NCBI GenBank assembly: GCA_030390025.1
Contig: CM059431.1
Span: 139,316,001 to 139,380,000 of the forward strand
Direction of reading: 5' to 3'
Source: Squalus acanthias
Lineage: Eukaryota
DNA: 64,000 nt
Shown one piece after another: positions 35,508 to 49,200 of this stretch (position 1 is its first letter; each line of letters opens with the position of its first letter). Both the position numbers and the translations under genes were made by a program. The notes beneath the pieces were generated by a model. That model was given only the letters and a program-made list of their open reading frames with translations, did no database searches and had not been told where the DNA came from.

Positions 35508-36720
35508 CGAACATACAAACATTCAAATTAGGTGCAGGAGTAGGACACTCGGCCCCTCGAGCCTGCTCCACCATTCAATAAGATCATCGTTGATCTGATT
35601 ACTCCACATTCCCGCCTACCCCAATAACCTCTCACCCCCTTGCAAATGAAGAATCTATCTACCTCTGCCTTAAAAATATTCAAAAACACTGATTCCACCG
35701 GCCTCTGAGGAACAGAGAGTTCAAAGGCTCGCGACCCTCTGTGAGAAAAAAAATCACCTCATCTCTGTCTTAAATGGGCGATCCCTTATATTTAAACAGT
35801 GACCCCTAGTTCCAGATTCTCCCACAAGTGGAAACAACCTCTCCAAATCCACCCTGTCAAGACCCCTCAGGATCTTATATGTTTCAATCAAGTCACCTCT
35901 TACTCTTCTAAACTCCAGCAGATACAAGCCCAGCCTCTTCAATCATTCCTCTTAACACAACCCACCCATTCCAGGTATAGTCTAGTAAACCTTCTCTGAA
36001 CTGCTTCCAACGCATTTATATCCTTGTTTAAATAGGGAGACCAGTACTGTCCACAGTACTGCAGATATGGTCTCACCAATGCCCTGTATAACTGAAGCAT
36101 AACCTCCCTACTTTTGTATTTAATTCCCCTCGCAATAAACTATAACATTATATTAGCTATCTAGTCACTCTCTGCACCTGCATACCTACCTTTTTGCGAT
36201 TCATGCACTAGGACACCCAGATCCCTTTGCACCTCAGAGCTCTGCAATCTCTCACCATTTAGATAATATATTTCTTCTTTAATCTTCCTGCCAAAATGGA
36301 CAATTTCACATTTTCCCTCATTACACTCCATTTGCCAGTTCTTTGCCCACTCACTTAATCTATTTATAAACGTTTGTAGCCTCTTTATGTCCTCTTCACA
36401 ATTTAATTTCCTACCTATTACCAGCAAATTTAGCGTCCATACCTTCGGTCCCATCATCCAAGTCATTTATATAAATTGTAAAAAGTTGAGGCCCCAACAC
36501 TGAGCCCTGTGGCACACCACTCGTTACATATTGTCAACCAGAACATGACGCATTTCTGCCTACTCTCTGTTTCCTGTTAGCTAGCCAATCTTCTATTCAT
36601 GCTAATATGATACCCCCTACACTATGAGCTTTTATTTTCCGCAATATTGTCACCTTATCAAATGCCTTCTGGAAATCTAAGTACAGGATATCCATCGGTT
36701 CCCCTTTATCCCCTTTATAT
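35508..36720 (-). mobile_element. CR1 3' fragment
   Basis: RT fragments 36161-36466 and 35754-35942; CR1 3' UTR. Confidence 0.9.
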
Positions 36721-37774
36721 AAGTCTCAAGTGTCCTCTGCAAACTGCTACTCCAATACTGTAATGTATAATGTCCTACTTGTTCTGCATAATGATAAATT
36801 ACTGCCCCAGTACGTTTCAACGAATCATTTGGAAAAAGGATCCCTTTGGAATCTTATAATGGCACGGCATAGCCATTACTCTGCCATTACCATCAAGCCA
36901 GGGGAACATTCAAGGTTCAATGAAGAGCGTAAATGAGCATGCCAGGAGCAGCACCAGGCGTACCTGAAAATGTGGTGTCAACCTGGGAAGCTAAAACACA
37001 GGTTGCATGCATGCTAAATAGAGGTGCCTCATGCTAAAGAGTGAGCTAAGCGACCCCACAACCAATGGGTCAGATCAAAGCTCTGCAGTCCTGCCACATC
37101 CAGTCATGAATGGTGGTGGACCATTAAACACCTAACCGGAGGGGAAGTCTCCATGAACATTTCCATTCTCAATGGTGGCAGAGCCCAGCACGTGAGTGCA
37201 AAATACAAGGCTTAAGAGTTTGCAACCATCTTCAGCCAGAAGTGCCGTGTGCATGATTCATCTCGGCCTCCTCCTGAGGTCCCCAACATTCCAAAGTCAG
37301 TTTTCAGCAAATTACATTTACTCCTCGTGATATCAAGCAACTGCTCAGCGCACTGGATAAATTAAGTCTATGGGCACCGACAACAACCCGGCTGTATTTC
37401 TGAATACTTGTGATCCAGAACTAGCCACGCCTGCAGCCAAGCTGATCCAGTAAATCTACAACACCAGCATATACCCGACAAAGTGGAAAATTGCCCAGGT
37501 ATGTCCTGTCCACAAAAAGCAGGACAAATCCAATGCGGCCAATCACCGCCCGATCAGTCTACACTCAATCATCAGCAAAATGATGGAAGGTGTGGTCGAC
37601 AGTGCTATCAAGCGAACTTACACACCAATAAACTGCTCACCAATGCTCAGTTTGGGATCCGCCAGGGCCACTCGGCTCCAGACCTCATTACAGCCTTGGA
37701 ACAAACATGAAATAAAGACCTGAATCTAAGAGATGAGGTGAGAGTGCATGCCCTTGTCATCAAGGTAGCGTTTA

Positions 37775-38112
37775 TCAGCCCAGGTCTGAATGTTGTTCAC
37801 TCTCCACCCTATTTTAAACCATGTGACTTCTTCTGAGAGACCAAAACCCATATAGAAACCCAGGACAATTTGGGGAAAAAATTCTGGGAAATTCCTCCCC
37901 GACCCATCTAGGCGATTGAAACTACTCCAGGTGATCCCTCTGGTCCTGGATTCCCGGCAGTACCTCCCTTTTGTAAGCCGGGATCTCCATCCAGACAGAA
38001 ACAGGTCCAGGTCTCTCTTGAGGGATTTCAGAGAGTCGGCGTCCTCTCTTCTTTGGGGAAAGAAATACTTCCACAAGGATCTGGACAGGGCAAGGATCAG
38101 CTCAAATTCCAA
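37775..38112 (-). mobile_element. Short CR1-type 3' end from a distinct subfamily
   Basis: KYFFPQR...ADSLKSLKRDLDLFL resembles the CR1 ORF2 C-terminus, followed by an atypical 3' UTR. Confidence 0.55.
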
Positions 38113-38471
38113 ATCTGCGACTTGCTAAAATCAAACGATGAACTTCTACCTCATCGGTTGTAAGTTAATACCATGGGTATAAATAGCAAGATTTACACCG
38201 ACTTTAAAATTAATGCGTCAGAGTAGGCGTCACAGGGAATGCCAGCAATGATTGCCCATCTATAGTTGCCCTTGAAAAGATGCTGTAAGCTGTCTTCTTG
38301 AAGCGCTGCAGTCCATATTTTGAAGGTGCTTCCTTAGTATTGTTAAGTACGCATTTCCATGATTTTTACCCGGTGAGGGAACGGTGATATATGTCCAAGT
38401 CACTATGTAGTGTTCTTGAATGGGATCCTGGACGCGATAGTGTTCCCAAGCTGTCTGCTATCCTTCTATTA

Positions 38472-38701
38472 AAATGAGAAGTCGCACAACACTAGGTTAT
38501 AGTCCAACAGATTTATTTAAAATTACAAGCTTTCGGAGCTGTCGCCCCTTCCTCAGGTAGAGTAGCTGTTACTCTACCTGAGGAAGGGGCGACAGCTCTG
38601 AAAGCTTGTAATTTTAAATAAATCTGTTGGACTATAACCTGGTGTTGTGCGACTTCTCATTTTTGTCCACCCCAGTCCAACGCCGGCATCTCCACATCAT
38701 G
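38472..38701 (+). mobile_element. Palindromic Penelope-derived insertion (inverted plus direct pLTR) with 12-bp TSD
   Basis: 94-bp inverted arms (38471-38564 and 38570-38663, 2 mismatches). TSD ATCCTTCTATTA at 38460-38471 and 38702-38713. Confidence 0.85.
38575..38610 (+). ncRNA. Minimal type I hammerhead ribozyme (mirror copy on minus strand at about 38524-38559)
   Basis: TAC-CTGAGGA-AGGGGC GACA GCTCT-GAAA-GC-TT-GTA: CUGANGA and GAAA cores, stem II, palindromic helix III (AAGCTT), stem I TAC/GTA. Confidence 0.7.
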
Positions 38702-38835
38702 ATCCTTCTATTAGGCAGTAATGATTGCGAGTTTGGGAGGTGCTGTGCAAGAAGCCTTGGCGAGTTGCTGCAGTTCTTCCTGAAGCTAGTCCACACTGCG
38801 GAGACGGTGCACCAGTGATGGAGGGTGTGGCTGTT

Positions 38836-40800
38836 TAACATAGAACCATAACAACAGGAGTAGACCATTCAGCCCCGTCAGCCTGCTCCACCATTCAATT
38901 ACAGCACGGCTGATCGGTACCCTAACCATATCTACCCGCTCCCGCTCGTTATACTTGGATACCCTTGGCTAGCAAAAACCTATCTATCTCTGATTTAAAC
39001 TTATTGGCCCAGAATTTTCAATCAGTGGCGAAGTGAAGGCATTCGCCGCTGGCCCGGAATTAAGCTTCACACAACGATTTTGCGATCTCTAGGTGGAGAA
39101 GTTCGGGTTTTCCAACATTCAATTCAAATGTACTGCATTTTGTGAGAGAGAGTTCCACACTTCCACTACTCTTTATTGAAGAATTTTGTCCGACCTTCTC
39201 TATTAAAATGCCCAGCTCTGATTGAAAGGTTATGTCCCCTATCCTAGAGTCGCCCAATAGTGGAAATGTTTCTCTCTACCCTGTCAATTCCTTCCAAAAC
39301 CCTAAAATTCGCAATTTATTTCAACCGTTAACCTTCTATATTCCATGGAATAGAAGCCTAGTTTATGTAATCTCTCCTCATAATCTAACCCTTGGAGCCC
39401 CAGTAACATTCTGGTGAATCTGCGCTCCAATCCTTCATGGATCAATATATCCTTTCTAAGGTACAATTCCCCGCGCTGTACGCAGTACTTCAGATGTGGT
39501 CTAAGCAGGGCTTTGTATAGCTGTAGCAAAACATCTTACCCTTTATAGTATAGCCCACTGGTTGCAATTTGCTGTCAGTCCATTAGCCGTTTTGATTATT
39601 TTTTATCTGACTATTACATTTTAGCAATCTGTGCACATGGACCCCTAAATCTCTTAGGACCTCCACTGTTCCTATATTTTACAAATACTCAGATCTATCC
39701 TGTTTTGTTCTAAAATGTATAATCACACACTTAGGTGTATTGAAATCCATCTGCCACAGTTTAGCTCCTCACTCAATCTATCAAGATTTATTCGTAATTT
39801 TATGCTCCGATTACATTACTTACTGTGTCACCCGTCTTTGTTTCATCGACAAACTTGCATATGTGGGTCTTGATATTGTTATAAGTCATGAATAAATAAT
39901 GTGAATAGTTGAAGGCCCAGCACACATCCTTGTGGACCACCACTAGTCACTTCCGTCCAATTAGAGTACATACTCATTATTCCTACTCTCTTCTGCCGCC
40001 TAACCACTGTCCTAACCAGGACATTAATTTACCTTCAATTCCATGAACTTTAATTTGAGCAAAATGTCTCTTTTGTAGAACCTTCTCGAATGCCTCCTGG
40101 AATTCCATATAAACTACATCCATGTACATTTCCCTCTCTACCACTTTAGTTTCTTCCTCAATAAAATCAATTAGTATCGTTATACCTGACCTACTAATTA
40201 CAATTCCATGTTGGCTCTCTCTAGTCAGCTCAATATTGGCTGAGTGCTCACTCAGTCATTAATTATAGATTCGAATAAATTCCCTGTAACACAAGTTAAC
40301 TAAAAGGTCCATAATTTCCTGGGTTTTTTCTCACAACTTTCTAAAATAGTAGAGTTCCAGCTATAATTTTCTAATCTAAAATGATAATTCCTGAATACCG
40401 ATTGCTTTGGAAGATTATGGCTAACACAACTGCAATTTACTCACCTACTTTCTTTAAAACTCTGGCAGGAAATCTTCAGGTCCTGAGGAAGTCTTCCATT
40501 TAAGTGCCATTATTTTTTGTAATACTGTTTTCTTGCTTACGTTAACTTTAGTGAGTGCCAGTCCTTGATTCATTACTAGTTTCGCTGGAATGTTAGGTAC
40601 ATTATCCCCTTCCCCTACTGTGAAGACAGACACACATTAATAATTATTTGCATTTGCAATATTACCCACATATATTTCTAAATTAATCTCATTACCCTTG
40701 ACCATATCTTTTTCTTCTAATATAATTGTAAAAACGTTTCGTGTTATTCTTGGTAATCTACAAAAGTATATTTTCGTACTCCTTTTTGAAGCTCTTACTA
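38836..40800 (-). mobile_element. Old, heavily decayed CR1
   Basis: LYKALLRPHLKYCVQ fragment and decayed RT sequence. Confidence 0.8.
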
Positions 40801-40827
40801 TCATTTTTTTCTTCCTTTGTTGTTATC

Positions 40828-43000
40828 GAGTCATAGAGTCATAACTGCACAGAAGGAGGCCATTCGGCACATCGAGTCCGTGCTGGATCTCTGTAGAGCA
40901 ACCCAGTCAGTCCCATTCCCCCGCTCTATCCCCGTAGCCCTGCAAGTTTATTTCCCTCAAGTGTCAATCCAGTCTGCCCTTGAAAAAATTGAGTGTCTCC
41001 GCTTATGCCAATTCCGTCGGCAGCGAGTTCCAGGTCCTCACCACTCGCTGCATAAAAACGTTTTTCCTCACATCACCACTGTATCTCTTGCCCAAAACCT
41101 TAAATCTATGTCCCCTAGTCCTTGGACCATCAACTAGTGGGAACAGCCTTCCCCCGTCTAGCCTATCCAAACCCGCCATAATCTTGTACACCTCTATCAA
41201 ATCACCCCGCAACCTCCTTTGCTCTAATAAAACCAAATCCAGCTTCTCCAACCTGTCTTTATAGCTAAGATCCCCCATCCCCGGAACCATTCTGGTGAAT
41301 CTACTCTGCACCCTCTCAAGGGCCTTCACATCCTTCCTAAAGTGTGGTGACCAGAACTAGAAGCAATACTCGAGTTGTGCCCTAACCAGCGCTTTATAAA
41401 GGCTCAGCATAACTTCTCTACTTTTGTATTCAATACCACTGTTTATGAAGTTCAAGATCCCATATGCTTTGTTAACCACTCTTTCGCTATGCCCTGCCAC
41501 CTTCAGGAACCTATGCACATTAACTCCCAGGTCCCTCTGTCCCTGCACACTCTTTAAAACTGTGCAATTAAGTGTATATTGCCTCTCCCTGTTCCTTTTG
41601 CCAAAATGAATTACCCCACAGTTCTCTGTATTAAATTCCATCTGCCACTTGAATCCCATTCTGCTGGCGTTTCTATGTCCTGTTGCAGTCAATTAGTATT
41701 ATCCTCAGTTTTCACTCTCCAAAGTTTGGTGTCATCGGTAAATTAAGAAGTTCTACTCTGAATTCCAATATCCAGGTCAATTATATATATCAAAAAAAGC
41801 AGTGGCCCCAGCACTGACCCTTGGGGAACACCGCTGTCGACCATCGTCCAGTCTGATAAACAGCCATTTACCACAACTCGCTGTTTTCTGTCCTTTAGCC
41901 AATTCTTTATCAAAGTTGCCACTGACCCACCTATTCCATGAGCCTCAATTGTGTTAATCAGCCTTCTATGTGGTACTTTGTCAAACGCCTTCCGAAAATC
42001 AATGTAGACAACAGCCATTGCATTCCCTTCATCAATCCTCCCTGTTATTTCATTAAAAAATTCAATTAGATTAGTCAAAGACGATCTGCCTTTTAAAAAT
42101 TCGTGTTTGCGCTCCTTAATTAGCTTAAACCTCTCCAAGTGCCCGTTAATTTTTCCCTTGGTTATTATTTATAAAACTTTACCCACCAGTGATGTTAAAC
42201 TGGCCGGCCTGTAGTTACTAGGATTGTCTTTATATCTTTTCTTGGACAATGGTGTCACATTTGCTAATCTTCAGGCACCTCCCCTTCTGGAACTACACTA
42301 TTCTTTGCACTTTTTAACACTATTTCCTGTAATTTTATTTATCTCTCAACTCTTTGACGACCATTTCCGTTTTAATTGGTAAGTAAAGCTTTTGCCCTTT
42401 AGGGGTATATACTGGCCCAGTATTAAGCCAAATTCTTTTCTGAACACCTCCCACTGCTCATCTGCAGTCTTACTCGATAACAATTTTGACCAGATTGCTG
42501 TCGTCAGTCTCTGTCTCTTCCCGTTCATGTGACCAAAATGGAGATTCTTAAAATTGTGTTACGTTTCTCCTTTAAATCCGAGCGTTGCAATCGATCATAT
42601 TATGCTCACTGTTAGATAATAGTTCTCTTACTGTTATATTATTAACTAAGACTGGATCATTGTTCATTACTAAATGTACTAAATCTTTTTGGTTCTTCAA
42701 CATATTGCTCCAGAAAACTATCTTGAATGTACTCAATATATTCACTACCTTTCCGACTTGAGCTCTTCCCATGTTAGCTGAAAATTAAAGTCTCCAATTA
42801 ACACAACCCTGCTTTTGCTACAATCCTCTCTAATCTCTGAATTAACACATGCTGTATCTTCATTGCTGCTATCGGGAAACCTGTAGACAACTCCCGTTAA
42901 AGCTTTCAGTAGTTGCTTATTTCTCAATTCCCAACACAGCCTCCCAGCTGATTACTTTACCTTACGTATATCCTCTCTCACTCATGCTGTAATATACCTT
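40828..43000 (-). mobile_element. Decayed CR1 (RT plus partial endonuclease)
   Basis: GAGTCATAGAGTCATA tail; ORFs 41003-41329, 41357-41692, 41743-42138 ([13 protein letters not shown]), 42745-42927 (GDFN). Confidence 0.88.
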
Positions 43001-43054
43001 TAATCATTTCGGCTGTCCTTCCTCCCCTTACAGTTTCCCGATCCTTTATACAGA

Positions 43055-44700
43055 GCACTATCACTAGAGGAAAAAGTACTAGGCAAACTAATGGTTCTAA
43101 ATGTGAACAAGTCCACTGTACCTGATGGCCTGCATCCTATGGTCTTAAAATAATTGGCTGCAGAGATAGTGGATGCATTGGTTGTAATCCACCAAAATTC
43201 CCTGGATTCTGAAGTGGTCCCAGCGTATTGGAAAACCGGAAATGTAAAGCCCCAATTCAAGAAGGAGGGACACAGAAAGCAGGAAACTATAGACCAGTTA
43301 GCCTAACATCTGTCATTTTGAAAATGCTGGAGGCCATTATTAAGAAATTAGCAGCAGGATATTTAGAAAATCATAATACAATCAAGCAGATTCAGCAGGG
43401 TTTTATGAAAGGGAAATCACGTTTGTCAAATTTGCTATAGAGTTCTTTGAGGATGTAACGAGCAGGGTGGATAAAGGGGAACCAGTAGATGCAGATTATT
43501 TGGATTTCCAGAAGGTATTCGATAAGGTGCCACATAAAAGGTTACTGCCCAAGTTAAGAGCTCACGGGCTTGGGGTAATATATTAGCATAGTTGGAGGAT
43601 TGGCTAACTCACAGGAAACAGAAAAATCGGGATAAATGGGGAATTTTTAGGTTGGCAAACTGTAACTAGTGGGGTGCCATAGGGATCAGTGCTGGGGTCT
43701 CAACTATTTACAATCTATATTAACGGCTTGGATGAAGGAACCGAGTGTAATGTAGCCAAATTTGCTGATGATACAAAGATAGGTGGGAAAGCAAGTTGTG
43801 AGGAGGACACAAAAAGCCTGAAAAGGCAGACAGATAGGGTAAGTGAATGGTCAAACATTTAGGAGATGGGGTATAATGTGAGAAAATGTGAGGTTATCCA
43901 CTTTGGTAGGAAAAATAAAAAAGCAAATTATTATTAAAATGGAGAGAGACTACAAAATGCTGCACTGAAGAGGTATCTGTGGTTCTTTGTACATGAAATT
44001 CAAAAAGTTAGCATGCATGTACAGCAATTAATTGGAAAAGCAAATGGAATGTTGGCCTTTATTGCAAGGGGATGGAGTATACAAGTAGGGAAGTCATGCT
44101 ACAGCTGGACAGGGCATTGGTGAGACCACACCTGGAGGACTGCGAACAGTTTTGGTCTCCTTATTTAAGGAGGTATATATTTGCATTGGAGGAAGTTCAT
44201 AGAAGGTTGACTAGGTTGATTCCTGAAATGAGGGGGTCGTCTTATGAAGAAAGGTTGCGCAGGTTGGGATTATACTCACTGGAGATTAGAAGAATGAGAG
44301 GTGATCTTATTGCAACCTATAAGATTCTGAGGAGACTTGACAGGGAAGATACAGAGAGGATGTTTCCCCTCCTGGGGAAAACTAGAAGTAGGGGGCATAG
44401 TTTCAAAATAAGGGGCCGCCCATTTTAAACGAGAAAAGGAGAAATGTATTCCCTCAGAAGGTCGTGAATCTTTGGAATTCTCTGCCCCAGAGTGCTGTGG
44501 AGACTGTGTCATTGAATATATTTAAGTTGGAGATAGACTGATTTTTGAACTATAGGGGATTCAACGGTTATGGGGAGCGGGCAGGAAAGTGGAGTTGAGG
44601 CCTAGTTCATATAAGCCATGATCTTATTGAATGGCAGAGGAGGCTCGAGGGGCCAAATGGCATACTCCTGTTCCTATTTCTTATATTCTTATGTTCTTAT
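43055..44700 (+). mobile_element. Decayed 5'-truncated CR1
   Basis: RT fragments (GNYRPVSLTS, RPHLEDCEQFW); TTCTTATGTTCTTAT tail. Confidence 0.9.
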
Positions 44701-44786
44701 TACCTGGAATTTTAAACTCCCGATCATGACCAGATTAAAGCATGTCACAGTAATGGCCACCATGTCGTACCCTCTAAGCTGTATTT

Positions 44787-45715
44787 AAGAACATAAGAAA
44801 TAGGAGCAGGGATAGGCCATTCGTCCCTTAGAGCCGGCTCCGTCATTGAATAAGATCATAGCTGATCTGCTACCTCAAGTCCACTTTCCCGGAATGTCCC
44901 CATATCCCTTAATTCCCTTCTTTGCCAAATATTTATCGACCTCTGTCTTGATTGAATATGCTCAACGACTGAGCCTCCACAGCCCTCTGGGGTAGAGAAT
45001 TCCAAAGATGCACCACCGTCTGCGTGAAGAAATTTCTACTCATCTCAATCAGAAATGAACGACCCATTATTCTGAGACTGTGTCTCCTGGTTTTATACTC
45101 CCCAGCCAGGAGAAACCTCCTCCCATCATCTAACCTATCAAGCCCTGTAAGAATGTTAAATGTTTCAATTAAATCACCTCAATTCTTCTAAATTAGAGGG
45201 AATATAGGCCTAGTCTACACAATCACTCCTCATAGGACAATCCCCTCGTCCCAAGCAATCAGTCTGTTGGACATTCGTTGCACTCCCTCTTGGCAAGTAT
45301 ATCCTTTCTTAGATAAGGAGACTGAAACTTTACACAGTACGTCACGACTGGTCTCTCCAAGGACTCATATAATTGCATTAAGACTTATTTACTCTTATAT
45401 TGCAATCATTTTTTAACAAAGGCTAACATACCATTTGCTTTCCTAATTGCTTGCTGCACCTGTAGGCTAACTTGCAGTGTACAAGGGCACCCAGTTCCCT
45501 CTGAATCCCAACATGGCCCGATGTCTCACCATTTAAAAAATTCTGTTTTTCTATTTTTCCTACCAAATTGAATAACCTCAGATGTGCCCATATTATATTC
45601 CATCTGCCATGTGCTTTCCCACTCACTTAACCTGTCTATATCACATTGCATCATCTTTGCATCCTGCTCACAACTTACTTTCCCACCTAGCTTTGCATCA
45701 TCAGCAAACTCGGAT
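44787..45715 (-). mobile_element. CR1 3' fragment
   Basis: AAGAACATAAGAAATAGG tail; FADDAKLGG fragment. Confidence 0.88.
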
Positions 45716-45904
45716 CGATTTGACACATTTGAACCTCCAATTCACTAACGTTCTTTCTTGTACACCATACGTTCATATATTAAACTCTTATTTGGGAAAG
45801 AGATCCTAACCTGACCGTTTGACCTGATGCTGTCTTTCTTACACCTTTTAACTTAACACGTTTCTTGTCTGTCACTTCTGCTTTAACGAATGAATTATTT
45901 TAGT

Positions 45905-46150
45905 GGCCCAGATATTACGATCCCTACGCGTGTGTACGCGCTGTGTAACCACCCGCAGCGACATCGGAAATGCCGGTTTCAGGCATGCACAGCGCATGCG
46001 CTGAAAACCGGCAATTCCGATCTGACAAGAATGCTCTTGACAGATCCTCCGCCTGCCCTGGAGAAGGGCTTCTGCGGCCGGATAGTTCCGCGTTTTTGAG
46101 ACCTTCCCACCGCAGAAAACCCTTACAATTCTTACGCCTGGTAAAAGCAA
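45905..46150. mobile_element. Left part of a non-autonomous Harbinger-type element, resuming at about 53418
   Basis: Terminus GGCCCAGATATTACGATC; GCGCATGCGC hairpin shared with the 53548 and 54671 elements; CTTACGCCTGGTAAAAGCAA is mirrored by TTGCTTTTACCAGGATAAG at about 53433. Confidence 0.65.
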
Positions 46151-49100
46151 CTGACAACAACCTTGCAGGGAGGTTTGCTCGTGCTGTTGGGGGCGGGGGG
46201 GGGGGGGGTAAACTAACTTGGCAGGGGGATGGGATACGGAGTGGCACTATAGTAGGTGGTGATGCACAGCCAAATATAGAGGAAAAAACAAATCAGTCTG
46301 GAAGGCAGGCCAAATATGTAACGGCACAAGGGAGTATGGCAAGGCTGGATAGCATTTATTTTAATGCAAGGAGTCATGGGAGTAAGGCAGAATGCGTTGA
46401 TGAACACCTGGATGTATGCTATTGTTGCTATCACAGAGACATGGTTGAGGGAGGAGCAGGACTGGCAGATTAATATTCCGGGGTATAGAATCTTCAGGCG
46501 AGACAGAGAGGTTTGTAAAAGAGGAGGGAGTGTCGCAATTTTGAACAAGGAGGCAATTACGGTAGTAACGAGGGATGATATCTTAGCAGATTCCTCTAAT
46601 GAGGCCATATGGGTAGAACTTACAACCAAAAAGGGGCAAGCACTTTTCTGGGAGTGAACTATAGGCCCCCAAGCAGTCAGGGGGCGACAGAGGATCAGAT
46701 ATGTAGGCAAATCTCAGAGAAGTGTAGAAATAATCCGGTAACAATAGTAGGGGATATCACCTTCCCCAATATTAACTGGGTTAGTCAGAGTTTGAAAGGC
46801 TTAGAGGGTGCAGAATTATTAAAGTGCAGCCAGGAGAGATTTTTGAGCCAGCATGTAGAAAGTCCTACAAGACATGGGGCGGTACGGGATCTAATTCTAG
46901 GGAATGTAGCCAGGCAAGTGGCAGAAGTGTCAGTAGGAGAGTTTTGGTGACAGTGAGCATAATTCGGTGAGATATAAGGTAGTCATGGAAAAGGACAAAG
47001 ATGTACCGGAAATAAATGTTCTAATTGGGGGAAGGCCGATTTTAATATGCTAAGGCAGGATCTGGCCAAAGTGGACAGGGGCCAGCTACTTGTAGGAAAA
47101 TCCAAATCAGAGCAGTGGGAGGCATTCAGAAAGGAAATAGAGAGAGTACAGCGCCAACATGTTCCCGAAAAGGTCAAGAGTGGGATCAACAAATCCAGGG
47201 AACCCTGGTTGTCAAGGGATATACAACAATGGATTAGGAAAAAAAGGGAGGCTTTTGGCAGATACAAAGGACTAAAAACAGTGGAAGCCCTGGAAGAGTA
47301 TAGAAAGTGCAGGGGGTACATAAGAAAGAAATTAGGAGAGCGAAGAGGGGGCATGAAAAACCACTGTCGGGCAAAATAAAGGAAAATCCCAAGGTGTTTT
47401 ATAAGTATATTAAGGGCAAGAGGATATCCAGGGAAAGAGTAGGGCCCATTAGGGCCCAAAGTGGCAATCAGTGTGTAGAGCCGGAAGATGTAGGTGAGGT
47501 TTTAAATGAATTTTTTGCATCTATGTTCAACATGGAGAAGGATGATGTAGGCTTAGAAATCAGGCAGAGGTATTGTGATATATTGGAAGAAATTAGCATT
47601 GAGAGGGAGGAGGTACTCGCGGTTTTAGCGGATTTAAAAGTGGATAAATCCCCAGGCCCAGACGAGATGTATCCCAGGCTGCTGTGTGAGGCAAGCGATG
47701 AGATTACAGGAGCTCGAACACAAATTTTCAGAACCTCTCTGGCCACAGGGGAGGTGCAAGTGGACTGGAGGACATCTAACGTAGTACCATTATTCAAGAA
47801 GGGTAGTAGGGAAAAACCAGGGAATTACAGGCCAGTGAGCCTAACATCAGTGGCAGGAAAATTAATGGAAAAAATTCTGAGGGACAGAATTAGTCTCCAC
47901 TTGGAGAGGCAAGGATTAATCAAGGATAGTCAGCATGGCTTTGTCAGGGGGAGATCATGTCTGACCAATTTGATTGAATTTTTCGAGGAGCTGACTAGGT
48001 GTGTGATGAGGGTAGTGCAGTTGATGTAGTCTACATGGACTTCAGTAAGGCTTTTGACAAAGTCCCGCATGAGAGACTGGTCAAGAAGGTAAGAGCACAT
48101 GGGTTCCAGGGCAATTTGGCTCATTGGATCCAATATTGGCTTAGTGGCAGGAGGCAGAGGGTGATGGTTGAAGGTTGTTTTTGTGACTGGAAGCCTGTGT
48201 CCAGTGTAATACAGCAGGGATCTGTGCTGGGTCCCTTGCTGTTTGTAGTGTACATTAATGATTTAGATATGAATGTAGGAGGTATGATCAGTAAGTTCGC
48301 AGATGACACGAAAATTGATGGAGTGGTAAATAACGAGGAGGGAAGCCTCAGGCTACAGGACGATATAGGCGAGTTTTTCAGATGGGCAGAGCAGTGGCAG
48401 ATGAAGTTTAACCCTGAAAAGTGTGAGCTGATGCATTTTAGGATGACTAACAGGGCAAGGGAATGCACAATGAATGGTAGGACTCTAGGAAGGACAGAGG
48501 ATCAGAGCGACCTTGGTGTGCATGTACATAGATCCCTGAAGGCAGCAGGACAGGTAGATAAGGTGGTCAGAAAGGCATATGGGATATTGCCTTCATTAGC
48601 CGAGGCATAGAATATAAGAGCAGGGAGGTTATGATGAAGCTGTACAAAACAGTAGTTAGGCCACAGCTGGAATACTGTGTGCAGTTCTGGTCGCCACACT
48701 ATAGAAGGATGTGATTGCATTGGAGAAGGAGCAGAGGAGATTCACCAGGCTGTTACCTGGGCTGGAGCGTTTCAGCTATGAAGAGAGACTGGACAGGCTG
48801 GAGTTGTTTTCCCTAGAGCAGTGAAGGCTGAGGGGGGACCTGATTGAGGTGTACAAAATTATGAGGGGAATAGATATCGTAGATAGAAAGGAACTTTTCC
48901 ACTTAGTAGAAGGGTCAACAACCAGGGGGCATAGTTTCAAGATAAGGGGCAGGAGGTTTAGAGGGGATTTGAGGAAAATCGTTTTCACCCAGCATGTTGT
49001 TAGAATCTGGAACTCACTGCCTGAAAGTGTGGTAGAGGGAGGAACCGTCACAACACCCAAGAAGCATTTAGATGAGCACTTGAAACGCCATAGCATACAT

Positions 49101-49200
49101 GGCTACGGACCAAGCGCTGGAAAATGAGATTAGAATAGATAGAGCTTGAAGGCCGGCGCAGACACGATGGGACAAAGGGCTGTGTGCTGTATAACTCTAT
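46151..49200 (+). mobile_element. CR1 LINE (end of ORF1 plus frameshifted ORF2), same subfamily as 1-4240
   Basis: NNLAGRFARAV ORF1 end; ORF2 fragments 46364-49127; tail CTATGACT split by the Harbinger insertion. Confidence 0.93.

Larger units (their letters stand above)
32820..37765 (+). mobile_element. Decayed non-LTR retrotransposon (APE plus RT) split by about 3.3 kb of younger insertions
   Basis: Endonuclease residues ITIPGY...IATYWPPS in 32820-33510. Homology resumes at about 36855 and runs into RT (FGIRQGHSAPDLITAL). Confidence 0.7.
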
